From Spirochaetia bacterium (GTDB lineage: Bacteria > Spirochaetota > UBA4802 > UBA5550), in the NCBI GenBank assembly GCA_009885955.1, contig VFJS01000042.1:4623-68622 (forward strand): 64,000 nt of DNA. Direction: 5' to 3'. Under the pieces are notes generated by a model. That model was not told the origin of the DNA, did no database searches, and saw only the letters and a list, made by a program, of their open reading frames with translations. Positions 9,930-19,223 of this stretch are shown one piece after another (the stretch's first letter is position 1; the number at the start of each line of letters is the position of its first letter). The translations under genes and the position numbers were made by a program.

Positions 9930-11528
9930 ATGAGCTTTAAATATCATCTCTTTATCATGATATTTTTCTTTTCACTAATAACATGGAACGGGCCGGTTTC
10001 CATGCATAACCTGCAAGGTATAGAAGGCGGCGGCGCCGAAACAAAGGAGTCTATTCCAGGTAAGGTAATCAGGAAAGGCGAAGGGATCTCAGAAGAGATT
10101 AAAAAGGATAAAAAACTGAAACTCACGGTGGAGCGGGTTGTAGAGTATCTCCTGAAAAACAACCTGGATGTGAAAAAGGTACTCCTGGACTACAAAGGGG
10201 CATCGTCGGAACTCCTGGACTATAAAAGCAAGTATGACATACATGTAATCGCAAACGGCGCATATTCCATAAATGACAACCCCAACAAGGTTCTGGCGCC
10301 TTATTATGGAAAGACTACGACAACGGGAAATGCCGGAGTAGGGCTCCAGAAACAATTCGATACAGGCACAACAGTAACAACGAGTTATACCGGGATATAC
10401 CAGAAGTTCGACGGTTTGAGTAACAGGTCGCCGTTGTTTTTGAGCAACGAAGGGTATCAGTCGGGCATACGGATTGAGGTAAAGCAGGAACTGCTGAAAA
10501 ATTTCATGGGCCAGTCCGACAGGCTCACTGAAAAGAAGCTGGCCAATTCTGAAAAGATGAACAGGCAGGTTGCCAAGTTCAGGCTTGCCGGCCTTCTGGT
10601 GGATGCGGTAATCGGATACTGGAATGTGGCAATAGCTGAGATGAACCTTGAGACCGGGAAAAAGCATCTGGACAGCACCATCGGCATAAGGGACCTTATT
10701 CAGAGGAACCTTAACCTGGGACTTTCCGAAAGGGAGGAGATCCTTGACTGGGACGGCAGGGTTATGGTTAGCAGAAATAATTTTGAGAGGGCAGGCAAGT
10801 TCCTTTTTGACGCCAGGCTTGGAGTCTACAGGATCCTTGACCTTGATTCAGGGCTCGATATCGAGATAGGGAGGACTTTCAGGACCACTCCCCCGGATGT
10901 TGAATATACCCGTGCGGTAAAGGACGCTTTTTTAAAAAGAATCGACTGGGGAAATCAGCAGACCATGGTGAAAAATGCCGAGCTTGAGTACCGGATCACC
11001 TATTCCGATCTCCTGCCGTCTTTGAGGCTGAAACTCTCTGCCGGCAACCAGGATTATGATCCTTTATATTCAAAGACATTCAATTCAGTAAACAGGGATT
11101 ATTCAGCGGGCTTTGAGATGACCTATCCATTGGAAAATACCAGGGCCGAAGTAAAGCTGAGAAATGCCCGCCTTAATTACATGAAGGCCAGTGTGGATAT
11201 GAAGTCCATGGAGAAATCGATAATTGATGAAATCGCATCTCTTGTCAAGGAGTGCGAGATAAGCTTCAGGATCTATGAACAGACAAGGAAGTCCAGGGAA
11301 TATGCCCAGGAGTACTATTACCAGGTTTACAACAAGTTCAGAAGGGGACGGTACAGCGCAGTCCAGCTTAAACTTGCCCAGGACAGCTTTATCTCTTCCG
11401 AGCAGGAGGAGTTGAAGAACCTCATCAATTACAATATATCGCTGCTGAAAAGGGATTTTGCCAGGAATGTGATCTTTGAAAATCTCGGGATCGATATCGA
11501 TGGAATTTTAAAGCGGGCCGATAACTGA
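9930..11528 (+). CDS. TolC-family outer membrane protein
   Basis: Signal-like N-terminus, two OEP-type repeats (AVIGYWNV; LLPSLRL..AGFEMTYPL); ATG 9930 follows GGAGG. Confidence 0.85.
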   Translation: MSFKYHLFIMIFFFSLITWNGPVSMHNLQGIEGGGAETKESIPGKVIRKGEGISEEIKKDKKLKLTVERVVEYLLKNNLDVKKVLLDYKGASSELLDYKSKYDIHVIANGAYSINDNPNKVLAPYYGKTTTTGNAGVGLQKQFDTGTTVTTSYTGIYQKFDGLSNRSPLFLSNEGYQSGIRIEVKQELLKNFMGQSDRLTEKKLANSEKMNRQVAKFRLAGLLVDAVIGYWNVAIAEMNLETGKKHLDSTIGIRDLIQRNLNLGLSEREEILDWDGRVMVSRNNFERAGKFLFDARLGVYRILDLDSGLDIEIGRTFRTTPPDVEYTRAVKDAFLKRIDWGNQQTMVKNAELEYRITYSDLLPSLRLKLSAGNQDYDPLYSKTFNSVNRDYSAGFEMTYPLENTRAEVKLRNARLNYMKASVDMKSMEKSIIDEIASLVKECEISFRIYEQTRKSREYAQEYYYQVYNKFRRGRYSAVQLKLAQDSFISSEQEELKNLINYNISLLKRDFARNVIFENLGIDIDGILKRADN

Positions 11529-11539
11529 TATTAGTGTGG

Positions 11540-12037
11540 TCACTGTGCCTGAGCTGTAATATAGTCACCGCTCCCTATGATCAGGGAACCTACTGACGTG
11601 GTGGCAGTAAAATTCAATGTATAGATATCTGCTACTGGTGTAATATTTAATGTTGATGTAGAAACGCCGGTATTGGTATACAGGATATTATCCTTTTTTA
11701 TCGTTATTGTATAATTTGCCTGCGATGCAGCTTTATAAATCATGATATTGAAGCTGGTAGATTTGCCGCTCAACTTCGAATCTGCTGCAAAGGCCTCATA
11801 ACTTTCATTGTTCACTGCCCTGTTGACATAGACTGCTGAGCATGTCGATGATGCTGTGCATGATTCATTGATACTTGCATCGGTAAATGAGTATGCCTTG
11901 AGCGTTGATAAAGGCGTACTGAGGGTAAAATCCACTGTATTAAACCCTGTTACCCTTTTGCTGCTGTGGGATTTGGAACAGCCGGAAATAAAAAATGCAG
12001 CAGCTGATATGATGATGATAAATCCTTTTCTGTTCAT
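11540..12037 (-). CDS. hypothetical Ser/Thr-rich lipoprotein
   Basis: Signal peptide ending FISGC; beta-rich mature region. Confidence 0.65.
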   Translation of the reverse strand: MNRKGFIIIISAAAFFISGCSKSHSSKRVTGFNTVDFTLSTPLSTLKAYSFTDASINESCTASSTCSAVYVNRAVNNESYEAFAADSKLSGKSTSFNIMIYKAASQANYTITIKKDNILYTNTGVSTSTLNITPVADIYTLNFTATTSVGSLIIGSGDYITAQAQ

Positions 12038-12321
12038 TAAATAGACGGCTGTCCTTATCGATATAAAAAATCAGTTTAGGTCAAAATATATTCTGCCAAT
12101 TATTTTAGTAAATACAAATTTTTTTGGAACAATTAAAAATCCGGAGTTCATTGGCAATTTTTATCCACCCGTTTAATATAAGCGTTGATAATGGCTATTC
12201 TTATCAAATATGATAAAAATTTCATGAGATTATGACTTTTTCTTGACTGAATCATGTTTTTATATTTTAATTGTACAAGCGATATAATTTTTCTGTTATT
12301 TTAGGTTTGAGGAGACATAAA

Positions 12322-12999
12322 TTGAAAAAATTAGCTGTAATAATCATTATTTTGTTCATTGCTGCTACATCTGCCAGGGCTAATATTTTTTTAGATGTAT
12401 TCGGCCTATACAATAATACCGGATATGCCAATAATCAGACTGCCCCTGGCCTTACACCTCCCTCTGTACCAGGATTTGCCGGAGGATTTAATGTAACCAG
12501 GGATGTAAGCCTTATTTTCAGGGGGTATAGCTCCAATCTCATAACAGATAACAATACCTTTGTAACCAGCGGGACATATACGGGGATGCCAAAAGAGAAA
12601 AAATATTACCATAAAGCATACAACGGCGGGTTGGAATATATTTATCCCATAATCATCCCATCTATAGACCAGGGCCTTGGATGGAGGAGTTCGATTCTTG
12701 CAGGATACTCGCAGACTGAAATTAAGAAATCGTCTAAAACAACGGCGACGCCGGCAGAGATAGCTGCAGGGGCATCTGGTTTTTTTAATGAAACCGAAAG
12801 CGACCGGGGATTGGCATTTCAGATAACAACAGGGATTCAGATCAATATTCTTCAGCATTTATCAGCGTTCCTGGACCTTGGTTATCATAAATCATTTTAC
12901 ATGAACGAATTTGAAAAAAAGAATATCAGCGGCTACCAGGTCATGCTGGGCGTCAGGGTTTATGCATTTAAGTTCAGGTCTATAGGTGAGGATTATTAA
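12322..12999 (+). CDS. putative outer-membrane beta-barrel protein
   Basis: TTG start after GAGGAG; signal peptide ending ARA; amphipathic strands (AFLDLGYH, YQVMLGVRVY). Confidence 0.65.
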   Translation: MKKLAVIIIILFIAATSARANIFLDVFGLYNNTGYANNQTAPGLTPPSVPGFAGGFNVTRDVSLIFRGYSSNLITDNNTFVTSGTYTGMPKEKKYYHKAYNGGLEYIYPIIIPSIDQGLGWRSSILAGYSQTEIKKSSKTTATPAEIAAGASGFFNETESDRGLAFQITTGIQINILQHLSAFLDLGYHKSFYMNEFEKKNISGYQVMLGVRVYAFKFRSIGEDY

Positions 13000-13035
13000 A
13001 AAATTATTAAAATTTTTCAATTACCTGTTTTTTAG

Positions 13036-13070
13036 AGACTCAGGGATAATTATAACTGAGTCTTTTTATT
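13036..13070 (+). terminator. intrinsic terminator
   Basis: agactcag...ctgagtct stem followed by a T-rich tract, just after the CDS. Confidence 0.6.
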
Positions 13071-13307
13071 TGTATATGGGATCTTATTTTTTAAGGAATC
13101 CGTGTTAAAAATGTCAATTTTATTTTTTTCATTATTTAATGGATGTTTTTATAAAATTGTCAGTTTTTAAAATCAGTTCAGAAAAAAAATTGAAAAAAAT
13201 TTATTAAAAAAGAGGGCGGCCATATAATTTTTATTTTATAAGGAACAAAAACCATTAAAAATGATCATATATATCAGCTAAATTTTATTATAGGAACGAG
13301 GTTTATT

Positions 13308-14111
13308 ATGAATATAAACATTACCGGAAGGCATATCAACATTTCAAACAGGCTCAAAGAATACTCTGAAAAAAAGATAAAAAAACTGGAAAAATATTTT
13401 CATCAGCTCATTGATGCGCACCTTATTATGTATGTGGAAAAGTTAGAGCACGGTGCGGAAATTATAATAAACGGCGATGGCATCCAGTTTCACGGGAGGG
13501 AAAATGCCGCGGATTTTTTTTCCTCTATTGACCTGCTTTTCGAAAAAATGGAGAAGCAGATTGTAAAATTCAAAGAAAAGCATTCATCCCATAAAAATCT
13601 TCCCTATGATGCGGCCATTCCTCTGGAATTTGAAACTGACCTGGGCAAGGTCATCAATCTGTATCAGGTGAGCAACAAGCCCATTGATAAGATTGAGGCC
13701 TATCTCCAGATGAATCTGGATAAAAAGGATTTTATCCTGTTTAAAAAGGGGATAAACAAGCTTGAATCTGATTTTGATTATTCAAATAAGAGCTACGCCG
13801 TCATGTTTAAGGGCAATAAGGGAACAAAGCTGGTAAAAATTCTCTTTGAAAACATGAAGGAGCATAAGATTGACTTTGATAATTTTGTTGAATATGATCT
13901 CCAGGTGCTTGATGACTCCAGGACCAATCCAAATATTGAATTCAGAAAATGCCCGGATTGTTCAATCAGGAAATTTACCCTTGAAGAGGCGATCAGCAAT
14001 ATTGAGGAGTCAAAGGATCCTTTTATGACATTTTTCAATACTGAATCGCAATTTTTTAATATCATCTATAAGTCGGGCAGGGATTTTAATGTGCTTGTGC
14101 CTGCATTTTAA
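13308..14111 (+). CDS. hpf: ribosome hibernation factor HPF/RaiA, extended form
   Basis: MNINITGRHINIS..Y..KKI.KL..SIDL..EKMEKQI.K.KEK N-domain plus S30AE C-terminal-like motifs. Confidence 0.9.
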   Translation: MNINITGRHINISNRLKEYSEKKIKKLEKYFHQLIDAHLIMYVEKLEHGAEIIINGDGIQFHGRENAADFFSSIDLLFEKMEKQIVKFKEKHSSHKNLPYDAAIPLEFETDLGKVINLYQVSNKPIDKIEAYLQMNLDKKDFILFKKGINKLESDFDYSNKSYAVMFKGNKGTKLVKILFENMKEHKIDFDNFVEYDLQVLDDSRTNPNIEFRKCPDCSIRKFTLEEAISNIEESKDPFMTFFNTESQFFNIIYKSGRDFNVLVPAF

Positions 14112-14140
14112 ATTGATGCACGTATTTTTATAGAACCGCC

Positions 14141-15088
14141 ATGGAAAAAAAACTGATATTAAAAAATCTGCTTGAGAAGGATCATGATATTAAGCTTCGT
14201 ATTATCGCCGGAAGCGGAGGTTTGAATAAAGAGGTTAAGGTGGGTGATATAAACAGGCCCGGCCTGACCCTGGCAGGTTTTTATGATTTTTTTGCCAGTG
14301 AAAGGATGCAGATATTCGGACTGGGCGAGTATGCCTATATGATGAACCTCTCCAGGGAGGAAAAGATGGAGAAGTATGGAAAATTTTTCTCCTTTAATGT
14401 CCTCTGCTGCGTTTTCACACATAATGAAATGCCCGATGACCTGTTCATTGAATATGCAAACCGGGGCAATACACCAGTCTTCATAACCGAGAGCCAGACC
14501 ACCAGGTTTACAACATCCCTGCTCCATATACTCGATGAGTACTTCGCCCCTTGCGTAACCCTTCACGCGACACTGGTTGATGTCTTCGGGATCGGCGTCC
14601 TCCTCTTTGGTAAGAGCGGTGTCGGTAAAAGCGAAACTGCCCTGGAGCTTATAGAGAGGGGCCACAGGCTGGTTGCCGATGACATGGTGACCATAAGAAA
14701 AATCGGCGAAACACTTCTCAGCGGCAGCAGTTCTCCAATGCTTCAGCACCATATGGAAATCAGGGGCCTCGGCATAATCAACGTGAGAGAAATTTTCGGG
14801 ATCAGGTCAGTGAGAAATGAGAAATGGATAGATATCGTGGTGCTGCTGGAGGAATGGGACAGCAAAAAGGAGTATGACAGACTCGGGTTTGAAGAGAGAA
14901 ATTATACAATCCTCGATGTTGAAATCCCCTATATCATAATACCGGTACGGCCCGGCAGAAATATCCCTGTTCTGATTGAAACAGCTTCATTGAACCAGAG
15001 GCTCAAGAAGCACGGCATATTCTCTGCGATTGAATTTGACAAAAGGATTCAGAACTGGGTTCAGGCAGAGGATGTTATCATAAAATGA
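14141..15088 (+). CDS. hprK: HPr kinase/phosphorylase
   Basis: NRPGL.LAG, GKSGVGKSE, GHRLVADD, EIRGLGII, PVRPGRN. Confidence 0.97.
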   Translation: MEKKLILKNLLEKDHDIKLRIIAGSGGLNKEVKVGDINRPGLTLAGFYDFFASERMQIFGLGEYAYMMNLSREEKMEKYGKFFSFNVLCCVFTHNEMPDDLFIEYANRGNTPVFITESQTTRFTTSLLHILDEYFAPCVTLHATLVDVFGIGVLLFGKSGVGKSETALELIERGHRLVADDMVTIRKIGETLLSGSSSPMLQHHMEIRGLGIINVREIFGIRSVRNEKWIDIVVLLEEWDSKKEYDRLGFEERNYTILDVEIPYIIIPVRPGRNIPVLIETASLNQRLKKHGIFSAIEFDKRIQNWVQAEDVIIK

Positions 15089-15351
15089 ATGAGCGTGAGG
15101 TTGTTGTTAAAAGTAATGCCGGCGTCCATGCCAGGCCTGCGATGATGCTTGTCAGAGAGGCAATGAAATTTCCATGCAGCGTAAAATTAATAAAGGGCGA
15201 GGTTGAAGCTGATTGTAAGTCGATAATGTCGGTACTTGGGCTTGCAATCATTACCGGCACCACGCTGAAAATACGGGCAGAGGGTGAAGGGGAGGATGAA
15301 GTTGTTGCGAATATTGTAAAGCTGATTGAGAGTGACTTCAAGGCCAATTGA
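15085..15351 (+). CDS. ptsH: phosphocarrier protein HPr
   Basis: GVHARPA (His15 site) and KSIMSVLGL (Ser46 site). Confidence 0.95.
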   Translation: MNEREVVVKSNAGVHARPAMMLVREAMKFPCSVKLIKGEVEADCKSIMSVLGLAIITGTTLKIRAEGEGEDEVVANIVKLIESDFKAN

Positions 15352-15373
15352 TAATAAATTTTATCCATTCAGC

Positions 15374-17167
15374 ATGAAAAGAATTTTTTATAAAAGCAGA
15401 ATTAAGTTGGATGAAATTGCCCTGGAGGACTTTATTTTTCTTCTTGGAATTTTCATTTTTTTTACCATTCTTATAATCGGCCTGTTTCCCGGGAGTGAAT
15501 CGGGCCTCGTTCTCAACAGGGATTTTTTTATTTTCACAATAATGACCATCCCGATTATTGCCGCCATATACTTTATCGTCATGTCTTTCCGTAGAACGTT
15601 TTACAGGGAATCGATGTTTGTCGATTCAAGCATCAGGAACAAGATGGCCCTTGCCTTTGTGTTTGTTGCCGTTCTTCCCGCCCTCATCATACTCCTTGTT
15701 TCAAATAATTTTATCAACAAGGCATTTACTAATATTTATACTGATAAGACCAGCAGGGCGCTCAGGGAGTCAATAGTTCTCGCCGAGAAAAATATTGACG
15801 ATTTCATAGATATTTTTGAGGATGAATCGGTTTTACTCAGCAGGTCTCTCAAAAATGAAAAAGCCGGTTACATTTTAAGCTGGGATGCGAGGGAGCAGCT
15901 GAGAAAGAAATATGACGCAAAAAATATTTCAATGCTTTTTTTCATGATTGAAAAAAAGGGGAAGTCGGTTGTCTTCAGGGACCTTGACTCCGGCGGTGAA
16001 CAGGACAGCATGAAAAAGGAGATCATTGATTTTGTTGCGACATCTGATTTTTCGGGTACAGACAGGATAGACAGAGTAAATATCGGCGGCAGGGATATTC
16101 TCATAGATTCAATAATTCAAAGCAATATGGCGTTGACCCTTCACCGGGATATCCCTCCGGACATCATCGGGAAGAGGGATTTTTTTATAAGGTCTTTCAC
16201 GGATTACAAAAGGTATGAAACAATAAAGCTTTTTTTCAAGGAGAATGTCGGAATTTTCATGCTTGTGCTTTCTATCGTTATTGTAGTTGTATCGATCCTG
16301 ATAAGCCTCGCCCTGTCTAAAAACATTACCAGGCCGGTCATGGAACTTGTCGACGCAGCCAAACAGCTCTCATACGGGAATTTCAAGATCAGGCTCTACC
16401 GGAAATCTAATGACGAGCTTGGACTTCTCTACAAAGCATTTAACCACATGGTTATGGAGCTGGACGGCAACAAAAGGCTTATGTACCAGAAACAGAAGCT
16501 GGAGGCCTGGCGTGAAATGGCAACAAAGCTCGTTCATGAGATAAAAAATCCCCTGACGCCAATAAGGCTTTCCGCGGAAAGGATGAGGAGAAGGTTTCTT
16601 GAAAACCATAAGGATATTGATACAATTATTGTTTCCGGTTCTGAGACGATCATAGAGGAGGTTGACGCCCTCATGGCCCTTCTCAAGGAGTTCACGAATT
16701 TTGCCAGGCTTCCGGTGATGAAGCCTGAACAGACCGATATAAACCGCCTCGTCGAGAACTGTGTCAATTTTTTTTCCGGCCATGAAAATATTAAATTCAC
16801 GGTAACCATGGACCCCGGAATTTCTCATGCGAATATCGACAAGATCCTCCTGAGGCAGGCAATTACAAATTTGATTCAGAATTCAATTCATGCGGTGAAG
16901 GAGAGAGGAAACATCTCGGTCATTACTGAGCTTGTAGTTGTCAACTACCTGAAACATGTGAGGATCAGGATTTTGGACGACGGGATCGGCATTGATGAAA
17001 GTGAAATAGAGAAGATATTTGAGCCGGGCTATTCAAAAAAGGCGGGAGGAACGGGCCTCGGCCTTCCGATTGTCGAGATGATTGTATTTGAGCACAACGG
17101 CAAAATTTCCTGCAAGTCGGAGAAGGGGAAGGGAGCCGAGTTCTCTATCGATCTTCCAATTGAATAA
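15374..17167 (+). CDS. NtrY-like membrane sensor histidine kinase with HAMP domain
   Basis: TM helices, HAMP, AWREMA..VHEIKNPLTPI, NLIQNS, DDGIG, GTGLGL. Start uncertain. Confidence 0.9.
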   Translation: MKRIFYKSRIKLDEIALEDFIFLLGIFIFFTILIIGLFPGSESGLVLNRDFFIFTIMTIPIIAAIYFIVMSFRRTFYRESMFVDSSIRNKMALAFVFVAVLPALIILLVSNNFINKAFTNIYTDKTSRALRESIVLAEKNIDDFIDIFEDESVLLSRSLKNEKAGYILSWDAREQLRKKYDAKNISMLFFMIEKKGKSVVFRDLDSGGEQDSMKKEIIDFVATSDFSGTDRIDRVNIGGRDILIDSIIQSNMALTLHRDIPPDIIGKRDFFIRSFTDYKRYETIKLFFKENVGIFMLVLSIVIVVVSILISLALSKNITRPVMELVDAAKQLSYGNFKIRLYRKSNDELGLLYKAFNHMVMELDGNKRLMYQKQKLEAWREMATKLVHEIKNPLTPIRLSAERMRRRFLENHKDIDTIIVSGSETIIEEVDALMALLKEFTNFARLPVMKPEQTDINRLVENCVNFFSGHENIKFTVTMDPGISHANIDKILLRQAITNLIQNSIHAVKERGNISVITELVVVNYLKHVRIRILDDGIGIDESEIEKIFEPGYSKKAGGTGLGLPIVEMIVFEHNGKISCKSEKGKGAEFSIDLPIE

Positions 17168-17184
17168 GAAAAAGGTAAAATGAT

Positions 17185-18540
17185 ATGTCAAAATTAATGA
17201 TCATAGATGATGAAATTAATATCATAAAGACGCTCAGATCGATCCTTGAGGATGAGGGGTATGACATTGTTTCAGGCGGGAGCGGAAGCGAGGCATTCTC
17301 AATTCTGGAGGGAGGGGACATCGACCTGGCAATACTCGATATCTGGCTGCCTGATATCGACGGGATCGACCTTCTGCAGAAGATTAAGGAGACCAGAGCC
17401 GATCTTGCGGTGATCATGATTTCCGGCCACGGCTCAATAGACATAGCAGTAACATCAACCAAGATGGGGGCCTTTGATTTCATCGTTAAGCCCCCGTCCA
17501 TGGAGAGGGTCATCACATCAGTTAAGAATGCCCTTGAGCAGACAAGGCTCAAAAAAGAAAATTTAAAACTGAAGCGCAAGTCATATGGCGAGGATGATAT
17601 GATCGGCAGCTCGCCAAAAATAATGGAGATACGGGAAATCATTGAAAAGGCTGCGAAGACCAATGCAAGGGTATTCATCACTGGTGAGAGCGGAACCGGG
17701 AAGGAGCTCATTGCAAGGGCAATATACCAGAATTCCAACAGATCGGAGATGCCTTTCGTAAAGGTGAACTGCGCCGCCATCCCCGATGACCTCATAGAGA
17801 GCGAGCTCTTCGGTCATGAAATGGGTGCATTTACCGGGGCTATAAACAGGAGAAAGGGAAAGTTCGAGGTGGCCAACAAGGGTACTATTTTTCTGGATGA
17901 GGTCTGTGACATGAGCCTGTCAGTTCAGGCCAAGGTGCTCAGGGTATTACAAGAGCAGCAGTTCGAGCGTGTCGGCGGGAACGAGGAGGTCAATGTTGAC
18001 GTACGGGTCATAGCTGCAACGAACATTGACATACGAAAGGCCATTGAGGAGAACAAGTTCAGGGAGGACCTCTATTTCAGGCTCAATGTAATACCTATAC
18101 TGGCCCCTTCCCTTGCCGACAGGGCTGAGGATTTACCGTTTCTTGTAGAATATTTCATGAACAAATTCTCGGTGGAGCACGGGATCGGGCTGAAGGATAT
18201 CGATGAACCGGGGATGAATTTTCTTGTCTCCTATGGTTGGCCGGGAAATGTCCGCGAGCTGAAGAATATTATTGAACGCCTCCTCATCATGGTCCCCAGA
18301 GAGGTCATAACCGGGGCGGATATCAAAAAGTACATTGAGTCCTATGATTATGACGACATCATGGGGAAGGAAATATCATCGCTTAAAAATGCTAGGCAGG
18401 ATTTTGAAAAAAATTACATCATCACTGTTCTGAGAAAAAATGACAGGAATATAACACAGGCCTCAAAGGATCTTGGAATAGAGAGGACCAATCTGCACAG
18501 AAAGATTAAACTCTACAATATTGATCTCGATAAGATATAG
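17185..18540 (+). CDS. NtrX/NtrC-like sigma-54-dependent response regulator
   Basis: REC + GESGTGKE, ESELFGH..GAFTGA, WPGNVRELKN, Fis-type HTH. Confidence 0.95.
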   Translation: MSKLMIIDDEINIIKTLRSILEDEGYDIVSGGSGSEAFSILEGGDIDLAILDIWLPDIDGIDLLQKIKETRADLAVIMISGHGSIDIAVTSTKMGAFDFIVKPPSMERVITSVKNALEQTRLKKENLKLKRKSYGEDDMIGSSPKIMEIREIIEKAAKTNARVFITGESGTGKELIARAIYQNSNRSEMPFVKVNCAAIPDDLIESELFGHEMGAFTGAINRRKGKFEVANKGTIFLDEVCDMSLSVQAKVLRVLQEQQFERVGGNEEVNVDVRVIAATNIDIRKAIEENKFREDLYFRLNVIPILAPSLADRAEDLPFLVEYFMNKFSVEHGIGLKDIDEPGMNFLVSYGWPGNVRELKNIIERLLIMVPREVITGADIKKYIESYDYDDIMGKEISSLKNARQDFEKNYIITVLRKNDRNITQASKDLGIERTNLHRKIKLYNIDLDKI

Positions 18541-18549
18541 GACGGGATT

Positions 18550-19185
18550 ATGCTATCGTCAATGTTAAAGCTCAGAATTTCAGGAAGGCTTATCCCCTGT
18601 TTCAGAGGGAGTGACGAGCTTGACTACCTGCACAGCTGGCTCCGCGGCCGGGAGACTGACGCCCCGGAGAAATCCGGGCCTGTTGACATTCCTGCAATGA
18701 TAAAAGGATGCAGCATATGCGGTGACGGACTTGAAAAAAAAGCCGGCATCGGCAGCGGAAACAGCAGGGTCATTATTATCCTGAACCATCCCAGCCTTGT
18801 GAGCATGGATGAAAGAGAGAGGTACAGGAAAGAATCATCAGAGATGATGAAAAAAATGATACACTCCATCGGACTTGACTACAGGGAATGCTATATGACC
18901 AACCTTATTAAATGCGAAATCAGGGATTCCTTTCTCAAACCGAGCAGCCTTCTGGATGCGTGCAGGGGCCTCCTTTGCGCCGAGATTAACAGCATGGACC
19001 CCCTTGTTGCCATTGTTATGGGCGACATAATCCCCATGCAGAAGATTGTATCAGAGTTTTCCGGAATTGCATGGTTCAATGTGGATCACCCGGTGACACT
19101 TATAAAGAATTTAGAATTAAAAAAACGCGCCTGGAGCACCCTGAAGCTTGTCATGGGTAAGCTTGATGAACTTAACCTCCGGTAA
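18550..19185 (+). CDS. uracil-DNA glycosylase family 4-like protein, divergent
   Basis: CxxC, YMTNLIKC, DHP..L motifs in UDG-4 spacing; motif A is altered. Confidence 0.7.
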   Translation: MLSSMLKLRISGRLIPCFRGSDELDYLHSWLRGRETDAPEKSGPVDIPAMIKGCSICGDGLEKKAGIGSGNSRVIIILNHPSLVSMDERERYRKESSEMMKKMIHSIGLDYRECYMTNLIKCEIRDSFLKPSSLLDACRGLLCAEINSMDPLVAIVMGDIIPMQKIVSEFSGIAWFNVDHPVTLIKNLELKKRAWSTLKLVMGKLDELNLR

Positions 19186-19223
19186 CAGATTTCACATTAT
19201 CTCATTTCAGGAATAGACTGACC

